From NCBI GenBank assembly GCA_040954595.2, contig CM082591.2, positions 9,103,612-9,167,611 on the forward strand: a DNA stretch of 64,000 bases. The letters run 5' to 3'. Shown here in pieces: positions 1-14,599 of the stretch. The stretch is from Balanoglossus misakiensis. Its lineage: Eukaryota > Animalia > Hemichordata. The position numbers and the translations under genes are program-made. The notes under the pieces are model-generated. The model searched no databases, was not told the DNA's origin, and saw only the letters and a list, made by a program, of their open reading frames with translations. Within the stretch, counting starts at the first letter, position 1; each line of letters opens with the position of its first letter.

Positions 1-25
1 GGAATGAGTGATGATGATGATGATA

Positions 26-70
<45 letters not shown>

Positions 71-777
71 GTGATGATGATGATGATGATGAAGGTGATG
101 ATGGAATGATGATGAAAATGATGAAGATGATGATGATGATGATGGTGATGAAATGATGATGATTAAGATGATGATGATGATGATGAAGATGATAAAGATG
201 ATGGTGATGATGATGAAGATGAAAATGATGAAGATAATGATGAAGATAATGATGAAGATGATGGTGATGATGATGATGATGATGATGAAGATGATAAAGA
301 TGATGGTGATGATGATGAAGATGAAAATGATGAAGATAATGATGAAGATAATGATGAAGATGATGGTGATGATGATGGTGATGATGATGATGATGATGAT
401 GATGAAGATGATGATGATGATGATGGTGGTGTGTGCGAATGAGTGTGGTTTGTATGATGTGTGCGGTGTGTGTGGTTGTATGGTGTGTGCGGTGAGTGGG
501 AATGAGTGATGATGATGATGATGATGATGATGATAATGATGATGATGATGATGATGATGGAATGATGATGATGATGGTGATGATGATGAAGATGATGGAA
601 TGATGATGGTGATAAGGATGATGATGATGATGATGATGATGATTGTGATGATGATGATGATGATGAAGGTGATGAAGGAATGATGATGAAAATGATGATG
701 ATGATGATGATGATGATGGTGATGAAATGATGATGATAAAAGAAGATGATGAAGATGATGATGAAGATGATGATGGA

Positions 778-810
<33 letters not shown>

Positions 811-1427
811 GTGGTGGTGTGTGCGAATGAGTGCAGTTTGTATGATGTGTGCGGTGTGTGTGGTTGTATGGTGTGTGCGGTGAGTGGGAATGAGAGATGA
901 TGATGATGATGATGATGAAGATGATGGTGATGATGATGATGAAGATGATGGAATGATGATGATGATGAAAATGATGAAGAATATGATGAAGATGATGATG
1001 ATGATGGTGATGATGATGATGATTAAGATGATGATGATGATGATGATGAAGATGATAAAGATGATGGTGATGATGATGAAGATGAAAATGATGAAGATAA
1101 TGATGAAGATAATGATGAAGATGATGGTGATGATGATGGTGATGATGATGATGATGATGATGAAGATGATGATGATAATAAGGAAAGATGATAGTGATGA
1201 TGATGATGAAAATGATGAAGATGATGGAATGATGAAGATGAATAAGATGAAGAAGATAAAGATGATGATGATGATGATGATGAAGATGGTTATGAAATGA
1301 TGATGATGATGATGATGATGATGATGGTGGTGGTGTGTGCGAATGAGTGCAGTTTGTATGATGTATGCGCTGTGTGTGGTTGTATGGTGTGTGCGGTGAG
1401 TGGGAATGAGAAATGATGATGATGATA

Positions 1428-1471
<44 letters not shown>

Positions 1472-1872
1472 ATGATGATGAAGATGATGGTGATGATGAT
1501 GATGATGAAGATGATGGAATGATGATGATGATGAAAATGATGAAGAAGATGATGAAGATGATGATGATGATGGTGATGATGATGATGATTAAGATGATGA
1601 TGATGATGATGATGATGATGAAGATGATAAAGATGATGGTGATGATGATGAAGATGAAAATGATGAAGATAATGATGAAGATAATGATGAAGATGATGGT
1701 GATGATGATGGTGATGATGATGATGATGATGAAGATGATGATGATGATAAGGAAAGATGATAGTGATGATGATGATGAAGATGATGAAGATGATGGAATG
1801 ATGAAGATGAATAAGATGAAGAAGATAAAGATGATGATGATGATGATGATGAAGATGGTGATGAAATGATGA

Positions 1873-1904
<32 letters not shown>

Positions 1905-1996
1905 TGTGCGAATGAGTGCAGTTTGTATGATGTATGCGGTGTGTGTGGTTGTATGGTGTGTGCGGTGAGTGGGAATGAGAGATGATGATGATGATA

Positions 1997-2028
<32 letters not shown>

Positions 2029-2328
2029 GATGATGGTGATGATGATGATGAAGATGATGGAATGATGATGATGATGAAAATGATGAAGAAGATGATGAAG
2101 ATGATGATGATGATGGTGATGATGATGATGATTAAGATGATGATGATGATGATGATGATGAAGATGATAAAGATGATGGTGATGATGATGAAGATGAAAA
2201 TGATGAAGATGATGGAATGATAAAGATGAATAAGATGAAGAAGATAAAGATGATGATGATGATGATGAAGATGATGATGATGATGATGAAGATGATGAAG
2301 ATGATGATGATGATGATGATGATGATTG

Positions 2329-2363
<35 letters not shown>

Positions 2364-2593
2364 ATGATGATGATGATGATGAAGACGATGATGGAATGAT
2401 GATGAAAATGATGAAGATGATGATGATGATGGAATGATGATGATAAAAGAAGATGACGAAGATGATAAATGAAGATGATGATGGAATGATGATGAAGATG
2501 ATGATGATGGTGGTGGTGTGGGCGAATGAGTGTGGTTTGTATGATGTGTGCGGTGTGTGTGGTTGTATGGTGTGTGCGGTGAGTGGGAATGAG

Positions 2594-2642
<49 letters not shown>

Positions 2643-3221
2643 ATGATGATGAAGATGATGGTGATGATGATGAAGGTGATGGAATGATGATGATGATGAT
2701 GAAGGTGATGAAATGATGATGATAAAAGAAGATGATGAAGATGATGATGAAGATGATGATGGAATGATGATGAAGATGATGGTGATGATGATGAAGGTGA
2801 TGGAATGATGATGATGGAATGATGAAGGTGATGATGGAATGATGATGAAAATGATGAAGATGATGAAGATGATGATGGTGATGAAATGATGATGATAAAA
2901 GAAGATGATGAAGATGATGATGAAGATGATGGTGATGATGATGGTGATGATGATGAAGATGATGATGATGGAATGATGATGATGATGATGATGATGATAA
3001 GGAAAGATGATAGTGATGATGATGATGATGATGATGAAGATGATGATGATGATGATAAGGAAAGATGATAGTGATGATGATGATGAAGATGATGAAGATG
3101 ATGGAATGATGAAGATGAATAAGATGAAGAAGATAAAGATGATGATGATGATGATGTAGATGGTGATGAAATGATGATGATAAAAGAAGATGATGAAGAT
3201 GATGATGAAGATGATGATGGA

Positions 3222-3257
<36 letters not shown>

Positions 3258-3355
3258 GTGGTGTGTGCGAATGAGTGCAGTTTGTATGATGTATGCGGTG
3301 TGTGTGGTTGTATGGTGTGTGCGGTGAGTGGGAATGAGAGATGATGATGATGATA

Positions 3356-3405
<50 letters not shown>

Positions 3406-3618
3406 ATGATGATGAAGATGATGGTGATGATGATGAAGATGATGGAATGATGATGATGATGAAAATGATGAAGAAGATGATGAAGATGATGATGATGATG
3501 GTGATGATGATGATGATTAAGATGATGATGATGATGATGATGATGAAGATGATAAAGATGATGGTGATGATGATGAAGATGAAAATGATGAAGATAATGA
3601 TGAAGATAATGATGATGG

Positions 3619-3685
<67 letters not shown>

Positions 3686-3806
3686 GATGATGAAGATGAT
3701 GGAATGATAAAGATGAATAAGATGAAGAAGATAAAGATGATGATGATGATGATGAAGATGATGATGATGATGATGAAGATGATGAAGATGATGATGATGA
3801 TGATTG

Positions 3807-3850
<44 letters not shown>

Positions 3851-4079
3851 ATGATGATGATGATGATGAAGATGATGATGGAATGATGATGAAAATGATG
3901 AAGATGATGATGATGATGGAATGATGATGATAAAAGAAGATGACGAAGATGATAATGAAGATGATGATGGAATGATGATGAAGATGATGATGATGGTGGT
4001 GGTGTGGGCGAATGAGTGCGGTTTGTATGATGTGTGCGGTGTGTGTGGTTGTATGGTGTGTGCGGTGAGTGGGAATGAG

Positions 4080-4131
<52 letters not shown>

Positions 4132-4599
4132 ATGATGATGAAGATGATGGTGATGATGATGAAGGTGATGGAATGATGATGATGATAAGGATGATGATGA
4201 TGATGAAGGTGATGATGGAATGATGATGAAAATGATGAAGATGATGAAGATGATGATGGTGATGAAATGATGATGATAAAAGAAGATGATGAAGATGATG
4301 ATGAAGATGATGGTGATGATGATGGTGATGATGATGAAGATGATGATGATGGAATGATGATGATGATGATGATGATAAGGAAAGATGATAGTGATGATGA
4401 TGATGATGATGATGAAGATGATGATGATGATGATAAGGAAAGATGATAGTGATGATGATGATGAAGATGATGAAGATGATGGAATGATGAAGATGAATAA
4501 GATGAAGAAGATAAAGATGATGATGATGATGATGTAGATGGTGATGAAATGATGATGATAAAAGAAGATGATGAAGATGATGATGAAGATGATGATGGA

Positions 4600-4644
<45 letters not shown>

Positions 4645-4742
4645 GTGGTGTGTGCGAATGAGTGCAGTTTGTATGATGTATGCGGTGTGTGTGGTTGTAT
4701 GGTGTGTGCGGTGAGTGGGAATGAGAGATGATGATGATGATA

Positions 4743-4786
<44 letters not shown>

Positions 4787-5755
4787 ATGATGATGAAGAT
4801 GATGGTGATGATGATGAAGATGATGGAATGATGATGATGATGAAAATGATGAAGAAGATGATGAAGATGATGATGATGATGGTGATGATGATGATGATTA
4901 AGATGATGATGATGATGATGATGATGAAGATGATAAAGATGATGGTGATGATGATGAAGATGAAAATGATGAAGATAATGATGAAGATAATGATGAAGAT
5001 GATGGTGATGATGATGATGATGATGAAGATGATGAAGATGATGAAGATGATGGAATGATAAAGATGAATAAGATGAAGAAGATAAAGATGATGATGATGA
5101 TGATGATGAAGATGATGATGATGATGAAGATGGTGAAGATGATGATGATGATGATGAAGATGATTGTGATGATGATGATGATTAAGATGATGATGATGAT
5201 GATGAAGATGATAAAGATGATGGTGATGATGATGAAGATGAAAATGATGAAGATAATGATGAAGATAATGATGAAGATGATGGTGATGATGATGGTGATG
5301 ATGATGAAAATGATGATGATGATAAGGAAAGATGATAGTGATGATGATGATGAAGATGATGAAGATGATGGAATGATAAAGATGAATAAGATGAAGAAGA
5401 TAAAGATGATGATGATGATGATGATGAAGATGATGATGATGATGAAGATGATGAAGATGATGATGATGATGATGATGATGATTGTGATGATGATGATGAT
5501 GATGATGATTATGATGATGATGATGATGAAGATGATGATGGAATGATGATGAAAATGATGAAGATGATGATGATGATGGAATGATGATGATAAAAAAGAT
5601 GACGAAGATGATAATGAAGATGATGATGGAATGATGATGATGATGATGATGATTGTGGTGGTGTGGGCGAATGAGTGCGGTTTGTATGATGTGTGCGGTG
5701 TGTGTGGTTGTATGGTGTGTGCGGTGAGTGGGAATGAGAGATGATGATGGTGATA

Positions 5756-5793
<38 letters not shown>

Positions 5794-6483
5794 ATGATGA
5801 TGAAGATGATGGTGATGATGATGAAGATGATGGAATGATGATGATGATGAAAATGATGAAGAAGATGATGAAGATAATGATGATGATGGTGATGATGGTG
5901 ATGATGATGATGATTAAGATGATGATGATGATGATGAAGATGATAAAGATGATGGTGATGATGATGAAGATGAAAATGATGAAGATAATGATGAAGATAA
6001 TGATGAAGATGATGGTGATGATGATGGTGATGATGATGATGATGATGATGATGAAAATGATGATGATGATAAGGAAAGATGATAGTGATGATGATGATGA
6101 AGATGATGAAGATGATGGAATGATAAAGATGAATAAGATGAAGAAGATAAAGATGATGATGATGATGATGAAGATGATGATGATGATGATGAAGATGATG
6201 AAGATGATGATGATGATGATGATGATTGTGATGATGATGATGATGATGATGATTATGATGATGATGATGATGAAGATGATGATGGAATGATGATGAAAAT
6301 GATGAAGATGATGATGATGATGGAATGATGATGATAAAAGAAGATGACGAAGATGATAATGAAGATGATGATGGAATGATGATGATGATGATGATGATTG
6401 TGGTGGTGTGGGCGAATGAGTGCGGTTTGTATGATGTGTGCGGTGTGTGTGGTTGTATGGTGTGTGCGGTGAGTGGGAATGAG

Positions 6484-6523
<40 letters not shown>

Positions 6524-6925
6524 ATGATGATGAAGATGATGGTGATGATGATGAAGGTGATGGAATGATGATGATGATAAGGATGATGATGATGATGAAG
6601 GTGATGATGGAATGATGATGAAAATGATGAAGATGATGAAGATGATGATGGTGATGAAATGATGATGATAAAAGAAGATGATGAAGATGATGATGAAGAT
6701 GATGGTGATGATGATGGTGATGATGATGAAGATGATGATAATGGAATGATGATGATGATGATGATGATATGGAAAGATGATAGTGATGATGATGATGATG
6801 ATGATGAAGATGATGATGATGATGATAAGGAAAGATGATAGTGATGATGATGATGAAGATGATGGAATGATGAAGATGAATAAGATGAAGAAGATAAAGA
6901 TGATGATGATGATGAAGATGATGAA

Positions 6926-6956
<31 letters not shown>

Positions 6957-7414
6957 GTGATGATGATGATGATGAAGATAATGATGATGAAGATGATGAA
7001 GATGATGATGATGATGATGATTGTGATGAAGATGATGAAGAAGATGAAGATGACGATGATGATTGTGATGATGATGATGATGATGATGATGAAAATGATG
7101 GAGATGATGATGAAGATGGAATGATGATGAAAATGATGAAGATGATGACGAAGATGATGGAATGATGATGATAATGATGATGATAATGATGATGATGATT
7201 GATGATGATGATAACGATGATGATTGTGATGATGATGATGATGATTGCGATGATGATTGTGATGATTGAATGATGATGATGATGATGATGAAGAAGATGA
7301 TGATGATAATGATGATGATTGTGATGATGATGATGATGATTGTGATTGATGATGATGATGATGATGATGATGATTGTGATTGATGATAATGATGATGGTG
7401 ATGGTGATTGTGAT

Positions 7415-7445
<31 letters not shown>

Positions 7446-7594
7446 GATGATTGTGATTGATGATGATGGTGATGATGATGATGATGATAATTATGATGAT
7501 TGTGATGATGATTATGATTGTGATTGATGATGATTATGATAATGATGATAATGATGATGATTGTGATGATGATGATGATGATGATGATTGTGAT

Positions 7595-7661
<67 letters not shown>

Positions 7662-7686
7662 GAAGTTGGTGATGATAATGATGATT
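1..7686. repeat. Complex (GAT)n satellite with higher-order units delimited by a conserved ~80-bp GT-rich cassette
   Basis: Continuous GAT triplets with GAA/GGT/AAT/GGA variants. The cassette GTGTGCGAATGAGTG...GGTGAGTGGGAATGAG recurs with its GCGAATGAG anchor at about 435, 823, 1339, 1908, 2522, 3267, 4008, 4654, 5667 and 6412. The array starts before the window and degrades into GATTGT variants after ~7150. Confidence 0.97.
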
Positions 7687-10600
7687 ACGCGCCTGAGGAC
7701 AGTGAAAAAAACCTTGAGCCAATTATAAATGAGGAAAAACTGCCCTCTCCCCCATTGGCCATGCAAATTCTAAAAGTTGGGGGTCAACCTAACCTGAAGC
7801 GTTTTAGCGGCTTAAAGATTCATGAACAATTTGACATAGAATGCGATCGCGGGTAATGTTGGGAAACTCCACAGGCAAATCACTTGGGTACCAATGCTGA
7901 CCACTTCCACCATTACCATTTCCACTGCGCAGTTTTACATTGGTGTCCATGTTTCAAAGCTGAAAGAAAAAGTGAAAGTGCCTTCTTCAAATTCAATGCC
8001 ACTAAAGGATAGAGTAACATCTGTGAGTGTAAATATATCTAGCCAGAATAAACCCACTGCGCAGGAAAATATGCAGTCCAACACAACACCTCAAGATCAC
8101 TGCAGAGGCATCACACCTTTTTATCAGGCTTACACTATGGGCATATGTAACAAGATGTGCAACATTGCTCATATTGAAGCAGACATACAACGGAGACGCT
8201 TGAAGAAATTAAAAACTCAATTTTGTAGCCTAATGAATAAAACATGGCAACAAATGTGTGTGTGTCATTATTTTTAAAATATTTAACAGTAGATAGAAGA
8301 CAAATATTCATACATTTATTCTATTGGAACAGACACCCGCGAATGAAAGATAAAATAAAAACAAGAGTTGGTATTTTCTTGTTGTCAAACCATGGACAAA
8401 CTATGTTGATTGACTACAAACATCCAAGGAACACCAGTTACATGTAGTTCTTTATGAACAGGCCCCACCCACGTCATTGCAATGGACACTGACTGAGTTA
8501 ATCGCGCATATTGCATCAGTTGGCCACTTTTTCTTTTAGGCATGGAAAAGAAACTCTTTCCCTTTTCAAATTCAATACCGATAAATGTGAAGTCTGGATC
8601 AGTGAACTTGATTCGGATGGGTCTATGAGCATAGTGACTGGAAAGATTTCACCAGCTTCACAGTAGTGCTACCAAAAATGACTGACTGTTATCATCTCTA
8701 CCCACAAAGCTCTTTTGCTATGGTAGTCAATTCAACGGCCGATTGGGCACACGGTGAGCGGACAATGACTGTTGATTAATGTCTTCGCTGTTTACATACA
8801 GCCAGGATGAAAATTCTGTATATCCAAATATGCGACAAGTGACACCATTTAGTTTCTGATCACAAGTCATTTGAGAGTGGTTTTCCATGATAAAATGAGC
8901 GTCCACTCCAATTCAATTCAATATTTCGCTCAATAAAACGTGGTTGTGGAAAGAGCCATTCATGGGGAGGGGGGGGGAGCAAAGTGTTCGCTATTCGTGT
9001 AGGAACAAACTAATTTTGTTGGATACTATGACTATGCTTAAGGTGGCATTGCATGAAACCGTCAAGACTCTTTCAGAGGCCTATTCCTCATCAAAGACAA
9101 AGTTAAAACCCCCATAAACCATATATATTCTGGAGGCTGAGTTTTTGAACTTTTGATTGAGTTGCATATATTATTGATCCCCGGAAATGTTGGCGTTTTT
9201 GGGTTAAAAAAAAAATATGTCATTTAATTTAAATTAGGTAAAAAAGTTGACCATGCATCATCCATCTTAGTAGGTCATTCGAAACTAGAGTACACGTGCA
9301 AAAAAACACCTCTAACACCCCTAAAATGTAATTTCCCATGTTTGTCTTAAAATGGTATGTTATATCTTATTTCAGGGTTTTCATTAATATGGGTACCTAA
9401 AACAATTTCAACTTGGTTGACATGGCAATATTAGACAACTGTTCTAATTTGCATAATTCAAAATGGGCGCCGCACACCCCTGTATAATTTAACTTTTGCC
9501 CGTCTTGTTTCTTGATTATTGTGTAATATATATTTTTTTAATTTGTTTATATACATTGAATCCATTTCTGGTGTTAATTTGTTAATTAGGCCAAATAAAT
9601 GAAATGCTTCTGGTCAGTGCGCACGTCACTTGAATAACAAGGCATAAACCCTTTTTTTCTGTTTTTTGGTGGCTGCCTTGGCAAACTACGTTCTGTTTCA
9701 GCTGGTATAAATCACTGGATGTGAGGGCAACCGCATGACACAGTACACTAAAGACTACGCTCGGCCTCAAAGATTATTGACTGAAATGACACAATTGTTT
9801 TTATCAAGTACTCAAAGGTTACATTTTGGAAACCATTAGAGCAACGCCAACAACCTAATCAAGATATGCAAATTAGGTAAAGATGCAGTCAAAAGAGCAG
9901 AGGACGTAATTTGTGGTTTCATTGCTTCCCCACAGACTCAGGAAATAAAAAAGAAGCGCGACCACTGATAATAGAAGAGCTGTCCCCCCCCTCTGACATA
10001 AGAAATTTTTTTTTAAATACGGTGCTCAAAGTTGCATTTTAATGAACTCAAAAGCAAATTAACTCAATGTTGGGGAAAACCAATTTTACTTTTGGCACTC
10101 CACCCAAAGTAAGCATGGGTGGGATGGGGTGGCAAGTAGTCTGCCCTGGTACACTAGACAAACCAGCCAATAAATGAAATGTGGCGGAGAATGGAGGGGA
10201 AGGTGTGTCCCCCTCCCACATTAGAAAATTTTGTAAAATAAAGGGTGCAAAACAGCAATTTTGTGGACTCAAAAGCAAAATGTCAGAGGCCGACCACCCC
10301 CCCCCCCCAGCCGTAAAAATTGAACGGTCCCTTACGACTCAAATTTTAAAATACTCGGCCATATAATTTCTGAGAAATATAATTTTTTTATCGAAATTGG
10401 AAAATATGCCCCTAAAATACAAGATATTGCTCCCACAAACCATTGGCACTTTCATCATAGGTTTTGTAAATCATCCTGACAAATCACCCAGGAACCTTCG
10501 TGTCAAATTTTAAAGCATTAGGGTAGAGGGTTCTGAACAAGAGTTTTGACCAAAAATGGCAAAAAATCACCCCAAAAATATACTCTTGAATTCTCCAAGT

Positions 10601-13600
10601 TGATTTAAAAACATACATGCAAATCTTTCTTGGGGTACCCCAAGGAACATGCCTACCAAATTTCAAAGCAATCTGACAAGTGGTTTTAGAGAGAAAAAAA
10701 ATGACCAAAAAAGGCAAAAATTGCTCCAAAACTATTAATATGCAAATTTTGCAACAAATTGAACAAAACTATGGGTAACTCAGATCACCTAAATAAAGCT
10801 TCATACTAAATTTCAAAGAAATGAGATGATCAATTCCAGAAAAGTAGATTTTTAACCAAAATGTAGACCAAGACCAAAAAATGCATAAAAAAATAGAAAA
10901 TTCACACTATTAGCTCAAACTATACAGAACTGTGTGACGTTAACAAAGCATTGGGACATTGTGACCCACAGCAGGTTGGAAAGGGGGACAAATCATATTT
11001 TTGGCATACTATATCTAATTAACATAAAATTTACATAATCATAGCATCTTTCGAACATCACTATGGCCCCCTCATCATTGATATAAATTATTATAATGGG
11101 TGTCTGCAGTGTGCTCTCTTTCTAGTTAAGCAGTCAGGCCTTAAATTGTTTTCGTTTGCTTCCTTGTTTACCAGCACATATGGCACACACACCCCTGTTG
11201 AGGGGACCAAGGCCCTTTGAAATGATGTCACTCACATGCTAGAGATATCCTCCCCCCCCCCCAAAAAAAAAAAAAAAAAAAATTGGCAACGGGGAGATAT
11301 AATACCCCCCCCCCCCCCCTGTTTATGCCATCCTGGATGAAACACTGCCTGCCCATGCCAAGTTCACAAGTTTTCAGTGCAGGTTGTCTTTTACATCCTA
11401 CAACATGTATATAATTTTCAGAAATTGGACATATCCTAGGACATCTCAGATTTTGTGTTAAGGTCATAAACTGTGACAAGTGAATCTCTTTGTATGCTGC
11501 ATACACCTATAAGCTATCAGGAACCAATGTGTGTTAGCGCCGGCTATTTTTTACACTCAGAGTGCGCCCGTGGTGCCCAGCAGTATGCCACAAAGTGCTG
11601 TTAGAGGGTGACATGAGGTAGATTCATCTAAATTTTCAGTTTTGAAAGCAATTTGCCCAGCAGTTGTTGATTTTCTGAGTTTTGACAAATTTTACATTTT
11701 CCCAGCTTATTAGACAAACTCCCATCTACAGCCCTGCCTGCATATGCACACTAAATATCAAGGTGATATGCTAGTGGTTTCCAAGTGTTTGATGTGGACG
11801 GACATACAGACATACATCCATCCATACATACATACAGGTGAAACTGATCGCCATAAGGTCCCGTGGTATAAATACATATACCAAATGGGCCGAAAAATTA
11901 TGATAAAATTCCTACATACATACATAGAAGTCAGCAAGAGGGGAGGGTGGGCTGGTGCTCAGTGTCTATTTCTGTTGCAAATTATAGTGCAAAAACCACT
12001 TATACCTTGGACAACACATTTTAGCATTAACTAGCTATGGAGCTCAAATCAGTCGCTTGAACAGCTTTTTCCCTACTGCACATGATGGTAAACCATGTGC
12101 TGTGAAAGTTCATCAATCTCGTCTCCCATAGATTTTTTCATTCCACATATCTGAAGTTGTTGTGCTATACCTAGACACTGTTCTTTTCATTCTGTTTGTA
12201 CGTTTTTCTCAAACCTTTTCTGTAATGCAATGTTCTTTTTTATCTTGAAACACCACAACACATTTCTTTGTGCATGCAATAGCAATTATATATGACAGTA
12301 AAAATTATTATTATTATTATTATACCATAAGTTGTGCTCACCAGAAAGTGATCTTCGATGTGGCCAGCGTCTTCTCACTCTCCTCCTCACAAGTTTAAAT
12401 GCTGACATTTAATTTTAAGACTGTGAATTAAATATATGCATATTAATTACTGAAAATATGCTAAATATGGTATAATGTCAGGTCAGACTGTGCTATGATA
12501 ATGCACAACAGTGGAAAATTCATCAGGGAAATGTGTCACAGTGTTCTTTGAAACAGAAATCTTGAAACTCAATTTACATCAGGAGTGCAGTAAAGAAGGT
12601 TTACATGGGTATACCAAAACATGGAAATCAAGTGATAAGTGAAACTGAAATATCTGTAAACAACAGAACATGTACACGCACTTGGCATCTATGTAACACT
12701 GTACAAGGATTACGTTATGGTTGTTGTGAAAAAGAAAACTTTCATTTGATCCAACTCACTCTTCATAAAACTGATTAGCACAAATATGTATATTGGTAGC
12801 GATTATAAAGCAAACCTTGACATTTAAGCTTTGAATATCAGTATACTGAAATGTTTCAAACGTGGCTGTCAGTATACCTCATGGCTTGGTGGCGGACATA
12901 TATGCTAACCGTAGCATAGACTGGGCATGACAGCAACTGCAGACGATTTGAGGCAGCACCTGTGAATCAAATAGGCAAAGAAATCAGTATTAGTAACCAT
13001 TCATAAAACACCTTTAGCATATGCCACTTATTATTCAAAATATACAGGATGTGCAATCATGTGGCCAAGTAATCCATACATTGAGGCTTAAGATAATTTG
13101 GTATTTATCATCTGATACACTTTTTATCCTTGTGCCACATGCCAACATCGGGACATAGCAGACACTGGTATCTTATAACAGTCATAATGCTAAAAAATCT
13201 AACAGCAATTACAATTCTGATAAATCATGCAATCAAATCCCCTATCTAATAGTCACGACTGGTCAGTTTCTTCGCTATCACCTTGCCTTAAAATTGCCTG
13301 TCTCAAAAGTTAAACTGTAGTGTGTTATGGTACCACCACCATAGCAAAGTCGGCACGAAGCCCACAAACAACATGTTACTGAGTGGTGTTTATGGGGGCC
13401 TAGGTAAGAAATATTAGCAAAGCGTAGAATCAATATCTTCGAGATTGAAAACAAGGCTGAAAAGCTGCAAAATCTCTATAATTTAATAGTGCAACAGGTT
13501 AGCTTATTATTCATTTATTTACTTGTTTTTTTATTTACAAATATGGTCACATTTGTTGACATGTTAGAGTTAGAATTTATTCAACGTTTAGGATTACAGT

Positions 13601-14599
13601 TTGGATTTATTTCGCTCCACAGCATCACTCCCTGTGATCTAACTGCAATTTCAGAATTTTCCCGAAATGGGTTTATGTGGGTTTTCAAAATGGTAAGCGG
13701 GAGTACAAACACTCGCTTACTGCAAGTTTTTCCTGATATTTACTTGTTTGAAAGCAAAAATTTGGAATAAAATTTTGCTCCATGCATCAAGAACGTCAAA
13801 GCCCAAATGATTTCAAATGCAAATTTACCAGTACAAGAACGAGGCACCGTCTGCAAGTCGAATATGCATATTAGTTTCTACTCAATCATAATCTTGCTTA
13901 AATAGCATTACATCACTCTAATTAGTCAAAATATGCAGTGCAACGTATGTGTGCAGATGGAAAATACACATCACGTCAATGAATGCACACAAACTGAAAT
14001 CTTTATTGACAAATTCTGTCACAGCATTCTTTCGAAATGGGATTTATAAACTCTATTATCTCAGTACCGCATTAGGCTACAGAAGCGTAGGGCAAATCAA
14101 AATTGGGACAGGCTATTTTTTTATTTCTTAAAATCTTTGTACTGCTAAAACAATTGAAAACTAGTTTATTTTAGCAATAAAGTAGAAGTATAAGCATGGA
14201 AAGAACAGCCATATTCTTTTGCAGCAAAGCTAAATTATTTATCTGGTTAAAAAGTATATCAACTCATATTTAGGGTTTATAATACTTGTATATACATCAT
14301 GGGGTGTTAAATTATGCAAATTAGTATTTAAATATACTCAATTATGACAATATACCTGTTTCTATAAAAACATTAAGCTTTTACTATCAAATTTTTGCAC
14401 TATAAAGGTGATTTCTATCTGTTACATTGATAATTGAAATCATTTGGCGGCCATTTTTATTCTAATTATCTCAAATTTCACAGTACTAACACAGCTCCAG
14501 TAACCATTTCTTTCTCTCTGGTGATCTATGCAAGTAGAATCTGCTTTAAAAAAAACTCTGAAGACACTTTTACAAGGTTCATCACAAAATGAACTATAT

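Noticed and set aside
430-6490. CRISPR-like repeat-spacer appearance of the conserved cassette
   Set aside because: The intervening sequences are long, mutually related GAT tracts, not unique spacers. The context is eukaryotic and there are no cas genes.
1-7860. Poly-Met/Asp ORFs (plus) and poly-His/Ser/Ile frames (minus), including the Cys-rich VVCANECGLYDVCGVCGC and His-rich cassette translations
   Set aside because: These are translations of (GAT)n. Frequent GGAATG and GAAATG insertions switch frames arbitrarily, so no frame is preserved across units.
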